A stretch of DNA of 63,647 bases, the filler included, from a bacterium (GTDB taxonomy: Bacteria > JBDRGX01): the NCBI GenBank assembly GCA_043817485.1. It is 7 parts of 7 records of this genome, joined end to end, with 100 filler letters (N's around TTAATTAATTAA, not from the genome) between each part and the next. Parts side by side here need not be neighbours in the genome. Positions count along the whole stretch, not along the records: positions 29,688 to 48,756 come from JBDRGX010000084.1; 6 more parts are not named here. The stretch is one strand, 5' to 3'. Position 1 is the stretch's first letter. Every line of letters starts with the position of its first letter. This document shows positions 29,689 to 39,700 of this stretch, in pieces. The notes beneath the pieces were generated by a model. The model did not search any database, was not told the origin of the DNA, and was given only the letters and a program-made list of their open reading frames with translations. The position numbers were made by a program, and so were the translations under genes.

Positions 29689-31755
29689 TATGTTCAGAGA
29701 CGCAAAGAAGATGATAAAGAAAAATCAAAGCGTAAATCGCAAGGAATTTATTACACACCAAAATACATTGTTGAATTTATTGTCAAGGAAACTTTAGGTG
29801 AGGTTTTGAAAAAAACAAAGCCAAAAGAAATTTCTAAAATTAAAATACTTGACCCTGCTTGCGGTTCCGGGTCATTTTTAATTGCTGCATATGATAAAAT
29901 TTTGGAAACTTTAACAAAACAAAATTCACAAACTTCGCTTTTTACTAAATTCGATATTCTCAAAGATAATATTTATGGTGTAGATTTAGATGTTCAAGCA
30001 ATTGAAATTGCTCAATTAAATCTTTTGCTCAAAGTTTTATCGCAAAAAACAAAACTACCAATACTTCAACATAATATCAGTTCTGGAAATTCGCTTGTAT
30101 CTGGTAATGCTGAAAAATTGGAAAAATATTTTGGCGAAAAATGGAAAGAACAAAAACCATTTAATTTTGAAACTGAATTCAAAGAAGTTTTTGAAACAAA
30201 ACTATCAAAATTTCATCATCTTATTTTTGAGACAAAATATTCGCGACAAAAAAGCAAAGATAAAAATAATACGGTAGTAATTTTAGAAGATATGGACAGA
30301 TATTTGTTAGCAGAGTGTATTTTTAAATCAGTAAAAAAACTCGGTATTAAACTTTTTGCTGGAACAATTCTTCCTGATCATGTACATTTGGTTATTGCAG
30401 ATATGGGGGAAAATATAGAGGAAATAGTTAATCAAATCAAAGGGTATGGTGCTTTTGTGGTAAACCGAACCCTTAAGGATTCGGTTGAAGGAGAAGGACG
30501 ACAACAACATCTTTGGGCAAAAGGTTGTAGCGATACTTTTCTTGATGATGAAAAACATCTTTTTGAAGCGATTGAATATGTAACAAATAATCATCTTAAA
30601 CATGAGGATACATGGGGAAAAATTGATAATGTTAAAATTCAAAAAAGTTTAGCACCATTTTTGTATGATATAAATAAATTTCAATGGTCAGATTTTGAAT
30701 ATAGCAAAGGTGGTTTTGATGTCATTATTGGCAATCCACCGTATGTGAACATGCAGTTATTGGAAAGAGATGAGATTGGTTTTTATAAAGATAATTTTGT
30801 TGTTGCAAAGCAATATTTTAATTTATTTGCTTTATTTATTGAAAAATCTTTAAGACTCTTGAGAAATGACGGGTACTTTGGTTTTATTGTGCCGAGCTTG
30901 TTCTTGAAAGGAATGCAATACGAACCTCTAAGAAAGTTGATAAATGCTACTGCTTCAGAGTTTTACATAAATGAACTAGGAGACAATGTCTTTGAGAATG
31001 TAAAAATGCCTACCTGTATCTTTGTCATTAAAAAGGGTGTAAATAAAAAGAAGATAAATTACTTTGCACAACAAGGCATCAATATTTTTTCGGCTGACAA
31101 GACAGTAAGTTTAGGAAGCATAACAGATATTACAAGGGGTTTAGAAATTGGGAGAGACAAATTAAGTAATGCTGATGCAATTGTATGTATAACTGGAAGC
31201 AATATTGAGCCATATAGCATAAAGAGCAAGAGGTATATTTCAAGGGATACACTGAAGGAGTTTAATAAATCATCAGAAATCTTTGCTGTTCCTAAAATCT
31301 TGGTAAGAGAAACAGGAAATGCCATTGTGGCTACTTATGATGATAAAGGTATTATTACGACACGAAGTTTATACAATGTAAGGATAAAGGACAAAAGCTA
31401 TTCACTGCTTTATATTTTGGCTCTCTTGAATTCAAAACCATATAAATATTATTTCAAAAGTTTCATTGTCCCAGATACAAATATTTTCCCAAAAATCAGG
31501 GTTGAGCAAACAAGACGGATACCAATTTATAAAATAGATTTTTCCAACCCCGCTGAAAAGACAAAACACGATGGACTCGTCTCCATTGCCGATAAAATGC
31601 TCAACCTCCATAAAGAACTTCGGAAGACATCAGAAAATACTGATAGATGGTATGTATTAAAATCTGAAATTGAAAAACTTGATAGCGAAATTGATGAGGA
31701 GATTTATAAACTCTATGGACTTACAACAGAAGAAATTAAAACAATTGAAACTTAA
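29689..31755 (+). CDS. Type IIG / Eco57I-like N6-adenine DNA methyltransferase with TaqI-C-like specificity domain and an inserted Y1 HUH transposase-like domain; 5' end truncated
   Basis: Frame open from 29689: GIYYTP, ILDPACGSGSFL, IYGVD, GNSL, GGFDVIIGNPPY, LALLNS, IDEEIYKLYGLTTEEI. Insert at about 30193-30708 carries PDHVHL. Confidence 0.9.
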   Translation, partial: YVQRRKEDDKEKSKRKSQGIYYTPKYIVEFIVKETLGEVLKKTKPKEISKIKILDPACGSGSFLIAAYDKILETLTKQNSQTSLFTKFDILKDNIYGVDLDVQAIEIAQLNLLLKVLSQKTKLPILQHNISSGNSLVSGNAEKLEKYFGEKWKEQKPFNFETEFKEVFETKLSKFHHLIFETKYSRQKSKDKNNTVVILEDMDRYLLAECIFKSVKKLGIKLFAGTILPDHVHLVIADMGENIEEIVNQIKGYGAFVVNRTLKDSVEGEGRQQHLWAKGCSDTFLDDEKHLFEAIEYVTNNHLKHEDTWGKIDNVKIQKSLAPFLYDINKFQWSDFEYSKGGFDVIIGNPPYVNMQLLERDEIGFYKDNFVVAKQYFNLFALFIEKSLRLLRNDGYFGFIVPSLFLKGMQYEPLRKLINATASEFYINELGDNVFENVKMPTCIFVIKKGVNKKKINYFAQQGINIFSADKTVSLGSITDITRGLEIGRDKLSNADAIVCITGSNIEPYSIKSKRYISRDTLKEFNKSSEIFAVPKILVRETGNAIVATYDDKGIITTRSLYNVRIKDKSYSLLYILALLNSKPYKYYFKSFIVPDTNIFPKIRVEQTRRIPIYKIDFSNPAEKTKHDGLVSIADKMLNLHKELRKTSENTDRWYVLKSEIEKLDSEIDEEIYKLYGLTTEEIKTIET
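30193..30708 (+). mobile_element. Y1 HUH transposase-like (IS200/TnpA-REP-like) domain embedded in frame
   Basis: FHHLIFETKYSR...ILPDHVHLVI (HUH at 30379-30387)...IVNQIKG...HLWAKG...AIEYVTNN (Tyr at 30577): the motif order of Y1 transposases. Confidence 0.8.
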
Positions 31756-31948
31756 ATTATAAGTAAAACATTGACATTAATCAATCTAAAATAGACTTAT
31801 TGAGAAACAAGTCTATTTTAAATTGAGAATATTAGATTCTTTTAATCCAAAATCTGAAATTTTATATTATTTTACTTTTGATTGTAAATTGGTATTATAG
31901 CAAATTACAAATTTTTTTTGCATAATTTAATAAAAAAGGAATTTTAGA

Positions 31949-33418
31949 GTGGAATCTTCTAAATCTATATCTTCTTTATCAATAAAAAATAGTTTTTGGA
32001 ATTTATTTGGATATTTTATAAGAAAAATTGTTGGAACAATATCTTTTATTATCTTGGCTCGAATATTATTTAAATCTGATTTTGGACTTATTAGTGCAGT
32101 TCGGGTATTTTTAGATGCAGTTTTAATAGTTAGAGATATGGGTTTTTCTGCTTTTTTAATTTATCAAAAAAATGACACAAAAAATACTGCTAATTTAATA
32201 TTTTTTTTTAATATTTTTTCTGCTTTTTTGCTTTATTTTATACTTTTTTTTTCTGCACCATTAATTGCTAATTTTTATAAAGAAGAAATTGTATCATCTA
32301 TTATAAGAACATTGGGATTACTTTTACTTATTGAATCTTTTAGCTTAACTCATCTTACTCTTTTAACAAAAGAACTTCAATTTAAAAAAAAATCTATAGC
32401 AGAAATAATTTCTACTTCTATAACTTTTATTATATCTATTATTCTTGCTTTTAAACATTATGGAATTTGGAGTTTAATTTATGGAAATCTTGTTGGATCT
32501 TTAGTAAATAGTTTTATTGTTTATTTTCTTTATTCATTTAAGCCAGTTTGGAAATTAGATTTTAAATTGCTTAAAGATATTTTTAAATATGGTTCGTTTG
32601 TGACGGGCTCTAATCTTATTAATTTTTTTAGTTTTAATATGGCTTATTTAATTATAGGTAGATTTTTAGGAATGGAAGTTTTAGCTATTTTTACAATGGC
32701 TTATAACTTGGCTAATTGGACATCTGAACATTTTATTTACATTATTTCTCGTGTTGCTTTTCCAGTTTTTTCTTTAATTCAAGATAATAAAGTAGCTTTG
32801 AAAAAAGGGTATTTGAAAATAATACAATATACTTTTATTTTTGTATTTCCAGCTATTATTGGATTATTTTTTTTAAGCAAGGAATTTGTTTTAACTGTTT
32901 ATACTGCAAAATGGATAGAAGTAATTGTTGTTTTAAAAATTCTTCTTTTTTGGAGTTTATTCCATTCTATTTTTATTTTACTTGATTCTATTTTACAATC
33001 TATTGGTTATCCTTCAGTTTCTTTTAAAATTAATTTAATGAAAATAATATTTTCTATTCCTATTTATATTTTTATTATTCCTTATGGAATTATTGCTTTT
33101 ACCATTGCTATTACTATTATTCAATTTTTATTTAATTTTGTTCTGGCTTTTAAAACATATAAAATAATAGAACTTCAGTTTATAGAAATAATAAAAATTA
33201 TTAAAACACCTTTCATCTCTGGAATTTTGATGATTGGAACTATTTTTATTTCTCGATTTATTTTATCATTTATTAAAATGCCACAATTAATTAATTTAAT
33301 TATTCTTACTATTGCTAATGGCTTTTTATATTTTTTATTTTTTTATAAATTAGATTTCAATTTACTAAAAGAATTAAAAAAAATAGGGCAAAATGTATTT
33401 TCTTTTAAAAAAGTGTAA
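31949..33418 (+). CDS. wzx: Polysaccharide flippase (Wzx/WzxC-like)
   Basis: About 12-14 hydrophobic segments, ILARIL..DFG, KELQFKK, YGIWSLI, IIGRFLG, RVAFPVFS. Confidence 0.88.
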   Translation: MESSKSISSLSIKNSFWNLFGYFIRKIVGTISFIILARILFKSDFGLISAVRVFLDAVLIVRDMGFSAFLIYQKNDTKNTANLIFFFNIFSAFLLYFILFFSAPLIANFYKEEIVSSIIRTLGLLLLIESFSLTHLTLLTKELQFKKKSIAEIISTSITFIISIILAFKHYGIWSLIYGNLVGSLVNSFIVYFLYSFKPVWKLDFKLLKDIFKYGSFVTGSNLINFFSFNMAYLIIGRFLGMEVLAIFTMAYNLANWTSEHFIYIISRVAFPVFSLIQDNKVALKKGYLKIIQYTFIFVFPAIIGLFFLSKEFVLTVYTAKWIEVIVVLKILLFWSLFHSIFILLDSILQSIGYPSVSFKINLMKIIFSIPIYIFIIPYGIIAFTIAITIIQFLFNFVLAFKTYKIIELQFIEIIKIIKTPFISGILMIGTIFISRFILSFIKMPQLINLIILTIANGFLYFLFFYKLDFNLLKELKKIGQNVFSFKKV

Positions 33419-33420
33419 TT

Positions 33421-34269
33421 ATGAAAATTAGTGTTATTATTCCTACTTATAATTGTGCTCAATCTTTATTAGAAGCAATTGAAAGTGTTTTAAATCAAAG
33501 TTTTAAAGATTATGAAATTATTGTAATTGATGATGGATCACAAGATGAAACAAAAAATGTAATTGATTCTTATATGAAAAATATTTGTTATATTTATCAA
33601 CAAAATCAAGGGGTTGCTTGTGCTCGTAATCTTGGTATTAAAAAAGCACAAGGAAAATATATTGCTTTTTTAGATGCTGATGATATTTGGATAAAAGATA
33701 AATTAAAAATGCAAATAGAATGTTTTGAAAAATATCCAGAAATAGGATTAGTTTTTTCAGATTTAATTATTTTAAATGAAAATAAAGAAGAAAAAGAATA
33801 TAAAATTGGAAATTTTAAAAAAGATGTAGAGGCACTTATTCAACATAATTTTATTCCTACTTCAAAAGTAATGGTTAAAAAAGAATGTTTTGAAAAAGTA
33901 GGTATGTTTGAAAATTTTAATTTAGCAGAAGATTATAATTTATGGTTAAAAATTATTCAACATTATTCTATTTATCATATTCCTCAATGTTTAGTTAAAT
34001 ACAAAAACAAAATAAGAACAAAATCTTATTTACTTCAAACAACAATTAATGAAATAAAAATTATAAGCAATATTACTTTAAAAAATAAATTTATTATTAA
34101 AAGAAAATTAGGACAATTATTTTATATGGCTGGATTATTTTCTCATCAATTAAAAAAATATAATCAATCTCAAAAATATTTTATTCAATCAATTTTAAAA
34201 ATGCCTTTTTATTGGCGAACATATTTTTATATTTTTTTAAATTTAATTAAAAATAAAAAAGGGTTTTAG
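33421..34269 (+). CDS. Glycosyltransferase family 2
   Basis: ISVIIPTYN, IDDGSQD, ARNLG, FLDADD, EDYNLW. Confidence 0.93.
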   Translation: MKISVIIPTYNCAQSLLEAIESVLNQSFKDYEIIVIDDGSQDETKNVIDSYMKNICYIYQQNQGVACARNLGIKKAQGKYIAFLDADDIWIKDKLKMQIECFEKYPEIGLVFSDLIILNENKEEKEYKIGNFKKDVEALIQHNFIPTSKVMVKKECFEKVGMFENFNLAEDYNLWLKIIQHYSIYHIPQCLVKYKNKIRTKSYLLQTTINEIKIISNITLKNKFIIKRKLGQLFYMAGLFSHQLKKYNQSQKYFIQSILKMPFYWRTYFYIFLNLIKNKKGF

Positions 34270-34276
34270 GGTTTTA

Positions 34277-35437
34277 ATGAATATTCTTTTTATTTCTACT
34301 TTTTGTTCTTTTTGGTCTATGGGAAAAAATAAAGGTGCTGTAAGTTATTTTAATTTAATTGAAAATTTAGTAAAAAAGGGGCATAAAGTTTTTTTACTAA
34401 AACCAGAAGGAGAAAAAGAAGAAATAAATATTAAATATTTTGAAATAAAAAATCCTTTTACAAAACCTAATAAAGGATATATTTCTAATTTTCTTTTTTC
34501 TATTTTATTTTTCAAAAGAACAATTTTTTTGGGAAGAAAAATTATAAAACAACATAATATTGATAGTATTGTAGGAATTTCTTGTTTATCGGGATTAGTT
34601 GCTTATTTTTTAGGAAAAATGTTTAAAAAGCCATCTTTTACGCATCTTTATGGTATTCATGATTTTAAAATTAGTTGTTTTTTTTCTCCTTTACAAATAT
34701 TAGCTTATTTTGACATCTATTTGAATTTCAAATTTTTTAGAAATAAAATTATTTTTATTGATGATTTTACTTCTGGTGAAAAATTAAGAGAAAAATTTAA
34801 AATTCCTTTTTGTGAGTGGATATCAATTCCTTTAGGAACTAATAAAGAATGGTTTAATCAAGAAATTAAAAAAGATTTAAAAGATAATTTTAAAATACCG
34901 AAAAATACTATTATTTTAATTTCTGTAAGCAGATTATCTCATGAAAAAAGAATTTCTTTAATTATAGAAGCAATTCCAAAAGTAATAGAAAAATATTTTG
35001 ATGTATGTTTTTTAATTTTAGGAGATGGTCCAGAAAAAGAAAAATTACAACAAAAAGCAAAAAAATTAAAAGTAGAAAATTTTATAAAATTTATTGGAGC
35101 AGTAGATCAATCTGAAGTAAATTATTATTTAAAAAATTCTGATATTTTTCTTTCTTTTTATAAAGCAGATATTGGAGGTTCTTTAATGGAAGCAATGATT
35201 TGTGGGCTTCCTTGTATAGTAACAAGAAGAGGAGAAATTGATAGAATAATTAAAAACAATGAAACGGGTTTAATTGTAGAAGAAAATTTTTCAATTGCTT
35301 TATCAATTATTTCTCTTCTTGAAAATTTTCAATTAAGAAAAAAATTAGGTGAAAATTCTATTAATTTTGCTCAAAAAAATTTTCTTTCATGGACAGAATG
35401 TATTGATAGAGAAATAAATGTATTAATAGGAAAATAA
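34277..35437 (+). CDS. Glycosyltransferase family 4
   Basis: VSRLSHEKR, ILGDGPE, SDIFL, LMEAMICGLPCI. Confidence 0.9.
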   Translation: MNILFISTFCSFWSMGKNKGAVSYFNLIENLVKKGHKVFLLKPEGEKEEINIKYFEIKNPFTKPNKGYISNFLFSILFFKRTIFLGRKIIKQHNIDSIVGISCLSGLVAYFLGKMFKKPSFTHLYGIHDFKISCFFSPLQILAYFDIYLNFKFFRNKIIFIDDFTSGEKLREKFKIPFCEWISIPLGTNKEWFNQEIKKDLKDNFKIPKNTIILISVSRLSHEKRISLIIEAIPKVIEKYFDVCFLILGDGPEKEKLQQKAKKLKVENFIKFIGAVDQSEVNYYLKNSDIFLSFYKADIGGSLMEAMICGLPCIVTRRGEIDRIIKNNETGLIVEENFSIALSIISLLENFQLRKKLGENSINFAQKNFLSWTECIDREINVLIGK

Positions 35438-35571
35438 TAGAATTGTGTAATCCAAATGTTGTAAATTACCAAATTCGTATTTCGTTTTTACCAATATCCC
35501 TAAAGGGATATTTTGAAAAAATTTTTCAATGAATTTTCTTTTATGTTTAATATTTTGGGATATATAAAAAA

Positions 35572-36540
35572 ATGATTATTAAATTAGAAAAAAATATAAA
35601 TAAAGAACATTGGAACGATTTGGTAAAAAATTCTTTTTATTCTACTGTGTATCATACATGGGAATGGTTAGAATCTTTAAAAAAAACTTATTTAGATTGG
35701 GAAATTTTTTATTTAATGGCTTATGAAAAAGAAAAAATATTAGCTGGATTGCCAATAATAAAAATAAAAGAAAAAATAATTCGTTTAAGATATTTTTCTT
35801 CAATGTGGGGGAGTTATGGAGGAGTAATTGTAAGAGATGAAGAAAATTTTGATATAAAAGAAAAAATGTTAGATTATTTTAAAAATTTTTTTTCCTTTTG
35901 GAAAATAATTTCAATTGAATTAGTAGATTTTTATTCTCAAAATGAATTTGTAAAAAATATGGGATTTACAGAAAAAAAACAAATTGCTTTAATTCTTTCT
36001 CTTAATAACTCTTTAGAAGAAATATGGAAGGAAAAAATAAAATATAAAATTCGTAAAAATGTAAAACGAGCAGAAAATAATGGAATAGAAATAAAAGAAA
36101 TAACAAACATAGAAATGTTGAAAAATTGTTTTCATTTAATAGAACAAACAAATTATCGTCATAAAATGAAAAAGGTTCAATATCCTTACAAATTATATGA
36201 AAATATGTTTCTAACAATGGGTTCTCAAAATTTAATTAAATGGAATGTGGCTTTTTATAAAAAAATTCCAATTGCTTTACTTTTTTCTTTTGTATTTAAG
36301 AAAAATTTAGTTTTTTGGATAAATGCTTCTTCTCAAGAATTTTGGCAACATCGACCTAATGATTATTTGTATTGGTATCAAATTAAATGGGCTTGTTTAC
36401 AAAATTTAACTTATGCTAATTTTGGAACTACTTTAGAAAACAATGAAGAACTTATTCGTTTTAAGCAAAGCTTTGGAGCAGAAAAAAAATATTATTCAAT
36501 TTATACTTATTTTTCTTCTTTTTTAAAATTGAAGCAATAA
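35572..36540 (+). CDS. GNAT / FemAB-like acyltransferase associated with polysaccharide genes
   Basis: WNDLV...YHTWEW, YGG, RKNVKRAENNG, RPNDYLYW, FG...LIRFKQSFGA. Confidence 0.85.
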   Translation: MIIKLEKNINKEHWNDLVKNSFYSTVYHTWEWLESLKKTYLDWEIFYLMAYEKEKILAGLPIIKIKEKIIRLRYFSSMWGSYGGVIVRDEENFDIKEKMLDYFKNFFSFWKIISIELVDFYSQNEFVKNMGFTEKKQIALILSLNNSLEEIWKEKIKYKIRKNVKRAENNGIEIKEITNIEMLKNCFHLIEQTNYRHKMKKVQYPYKLYENMFLTMGSQNLIKWNVAFYKKIPIALLFSFVFKKNLVFWINASSQEFWQHRPNDYLYWYQIKWACLQNLTYANFGTTLENNEELIRFKQSFGAEKKYYSIYTYFSSFLKLKQ

Positions 36541-36596
36541 ATAATAAAATTATTGAAAATATGAATTTTAGATTAATGATTTTTTTTAGAAAATTC

Positions 36597-36625
36597 TTGA
36601 CATGATTTTTTATGTGTGCAATAAT
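36597..36625 (+). promoter_or_regulatory. Putative sigma70 promoter for rpoBC
   Basis: TTGACA (36597-36602), 17-nt spacer ending TGC, then AATAAT (extended -10 pattern). Confidence 0.5.
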
Positions 36626-36662
36626 GCTTTTTGATATTTTTATCGCGAAAATGTATTTTTAT

Positions 36663-36708
36663 TAACCAAATTAGTCTTTGGTTATTTTTTGACTAATTTG
36701 GTTTTTTT
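36663..36708 (+). promoter_or_regulatory. Terminator-like hairpin (putative attenuator) in the rpoBC leader
   Basis: AACCAAATTAGTC / GACTAATTTGGTT 13-bp perfect stem followed by Ts, 25 nt before the ATG. Confidence 0.6.
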
Positions 36709-36732
36709 CATTTAAAAGGGAGTAAAAGCAAT

Positions 36733-39700
36733 ATGTTTAAACAAAGAAAAAATTATGGAAAATTTGTTAATGCAATTGAAATCCCTAATTTGTTAGAAAT
36801 GCAAAAAAAGTCTTATGAAGAATTTTTACAATTGAATGCTTTGCCAGAAAATCGTGAAGACAAAGGATTACAAAGACTTTTTAAAACTATATTTCCAATA
36901 GAAGATTATAGTGGTAATTCAATTTTAGAATTTGTTAGTTATTCATTATCTGAACCACTTTATTCTGTTAAAGAATGTCAAATAAAAGATAAAACTTATT
37001 CAGTTCCTTTAAAAGTAAAATTAAGATTAATTATTAAAGAACAAATTTTAGAAACAAAAGAAAAAAAAATAAGAGATATAAAAGAACAAGAAATTCATTT
37101 TGCATCAATTCCTTTAATGACAGAAAATAGTACTTTTATTATAAATGGAATAGAAAGAGTTATAGTTAATCAATTACATCGTTCTCCTGGTCTACTTTTT
37201 GAAGAAAATAAAAAATCTACAGTTAAAGGTCATTCATATAAAGCTCGAGTTATTCCTTTTAGAGGATCTTGGCTTGAATTTGAAATTGGAAATCTTGTTT
37301 ATGTTAGAATTGATCGCAAAAGAAAAATGAATGCTACTATTTTACTTCGGGCATTAGGTTTATATGATTCTGATATTCTTGGCTTTTTTTATGATGTAGA
37401 AACTATTGATTTAACAAAGAATTCTTCAAGTAAATGGCTTGCTCTTTTAGAAAAAAGAATTTGTGCAGAAGATGTAATAGATAAAAAAATTGGTGAAATA
37501 ATAATTGAAGCCAAAGAAGAAATTTCTTCAGAAAAAATAGAACTTTTAAAGAAATTTAATCCAGATTATATTAAAGTTTTGCCTTTAAATTATGATAATA
37601 CTATTTTAATAACTTTGAAAAAAGATCTGTCTAAAACTCCAAGAGAATCTTTATTAGAAATTTATTCTAAACTTCGTTCTGGAAATCCTTTAATTCTTGA
37701 AAAAGCAAAAGTTTTTTTTGACAGATTATTTTTTTCTTTTACTACTTATGATTTAGGTAAGGTTGGTAGATTTAAAATAAATAAAAGATTGGGATTAAAT
37801 CTTTCTTTAGAAGAAAATCTTCTTACAAAAGAAGATATTGTTTTTGTTTTGAAATATTTAATTGGATTAAAAAATGGGCAAGGATTTATTGATGATATTG
37901 ATCATTTAGGAAATAGAAGAATACGATTAGTAGGAGAAGTAATCGAAGATAGATTAAGAAATGGTTTTGTTAGAATGCGTAGAGAAATTAAAGAAAGAAT
38001 GACTCTTCAAGAAATAGAAACTGTAATGCCAAATGTTTTGGTAAATGTCAATTCTTTAATGGCTACGATTAATAAATTTTTTAGATCTAGTGAACTTTCT
38101 CAATTTATGGATCAAGTTAATCCATTAGCTGAACTTACTCATAAACGAAGAATTAGTGCTTTAGGTATTGGGGGTATTACAAGAGAGCGTGCAGGTTTTG
38201 AAGTTAGAGATGTACATTATACTCATTATGGAAGAATTTGTCCTATTGAAACTCCAGAAGGATTAAATATAGGATTAATTACTTCATTTACTATTTATTC
38301 CAAAGTAAATGAGTTGGGTTTCATAGAAACTCCTTATTTTAGCGTAAAAAATGGAAAAGTTGATAAAACAAAAATGCATTATCTTTCTGCAATAGAAGAA
38401 GATGATTTTATTGTTGCTTCTTCTGATGCAAAAGTTAATAAAGATGATGTAATAGAAAATGAATTTGTTTTAACTCGTAATAAAGGAAATTTTTTATTAG
38501 TAAAAAAAGAGGAAGTAAATTATATTGATGTTTCTTCAATGCAACTTATAAGTTTGTCTACTTCTTTAATTCCGTTTTTGGAACATGATGATGCTAATAG
38601 AGCTTTAATGGGATCAAATATGCAAAGACAAGCAGTTCCACTTTTAAAAACAGAATCTCCTATAATTGGTACTGGAATGGAAAAAATTGCAGCAAAAGAA
38701 TCTGGTGTAATGCAAATTGCAGAAAGAGATGGAAAAGTAGTAAGAGTTTCAGGAAATGCTATTATTGTAAAAGGGATGACTAATTCTGGAAAAATATATT
38801 TTGATACTTATTGTCTACGAAAATATGAAAAATCAAATAATGACACTTGTATTAACCAAATTCCAATAGTTAAAACAGGCGATGAAGTTAAAAAAGGGGA
38901 TATTTTGGCAGATGGTCAAAGTACAAGTTTAGGAGAATTAGCTTTGGGCCAAAATGTAATAGTAGCTTTTATGCCATGGAATGGTTATAATTTTGAAGAT
39001 GCAATTGTAATAAATGAAGATGTTGTTAGAAAGGAAAAATTTACCTCTATTCATATTAAAGAATTTGAAGTTGAAGCACAAATAACAAAATTAGGTAAAG
39101 AAGAAATTACACGAGATATTCCAAATGCAAGTGAAGAATCTTTGAAAAATTTAGACAAAGATGGAATTATAAAAATAGGAACTTATGTAGAACCAGGAGA
39201 TATTTTAGTAGGAAAAATTACTCCTCGTGGACAAACAGAATTTACTCCAGAAGAAAAACTTTTAAGAGTAATTTTTAAAGATAAAGCTGGAGATGTAAAA
39301 GATGCTTCTTTGAAAGTTTCTGCTGGTATTTATGGACAGGTTATAGATGTAAAAGTGTTTTGTGCAAAAAGAAAAAATAAGGATATAAAAAAAATAGAAA
39401 AAGAAATAGAAGAAAAAGAAGCTTTATTAAAAGAAAAAATAAATTGGATAAAAAAAGAATATAAAGAAGAATTAGAAAAACTTATTTTAAATCAAAAAAT
39501 TTTATCTAATTTAATTTATAAAGATAATGTAATTATTCAAAAAAATAGTTTTATTACAAAAGAAAATATAGAACTAATTATAAAACATAAAAAAATATCA
39601 GAATTAAATTTAGAGGATTCTAAAATATCAAAAAAACTTTTAAATTTAACTACATCTGTAGAAGAATTAATTGAACAAGAAAAAATAAGTTCAAAAAAAG

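Noticed and set aside
30193-30708. Intein or group I intron (IStron) explanation for the methyltransferase insert
   Set aside because: No Cys/Ser start or His-Asn end at the boundaries, and no non-coding structured flank; the insert is fully coding.
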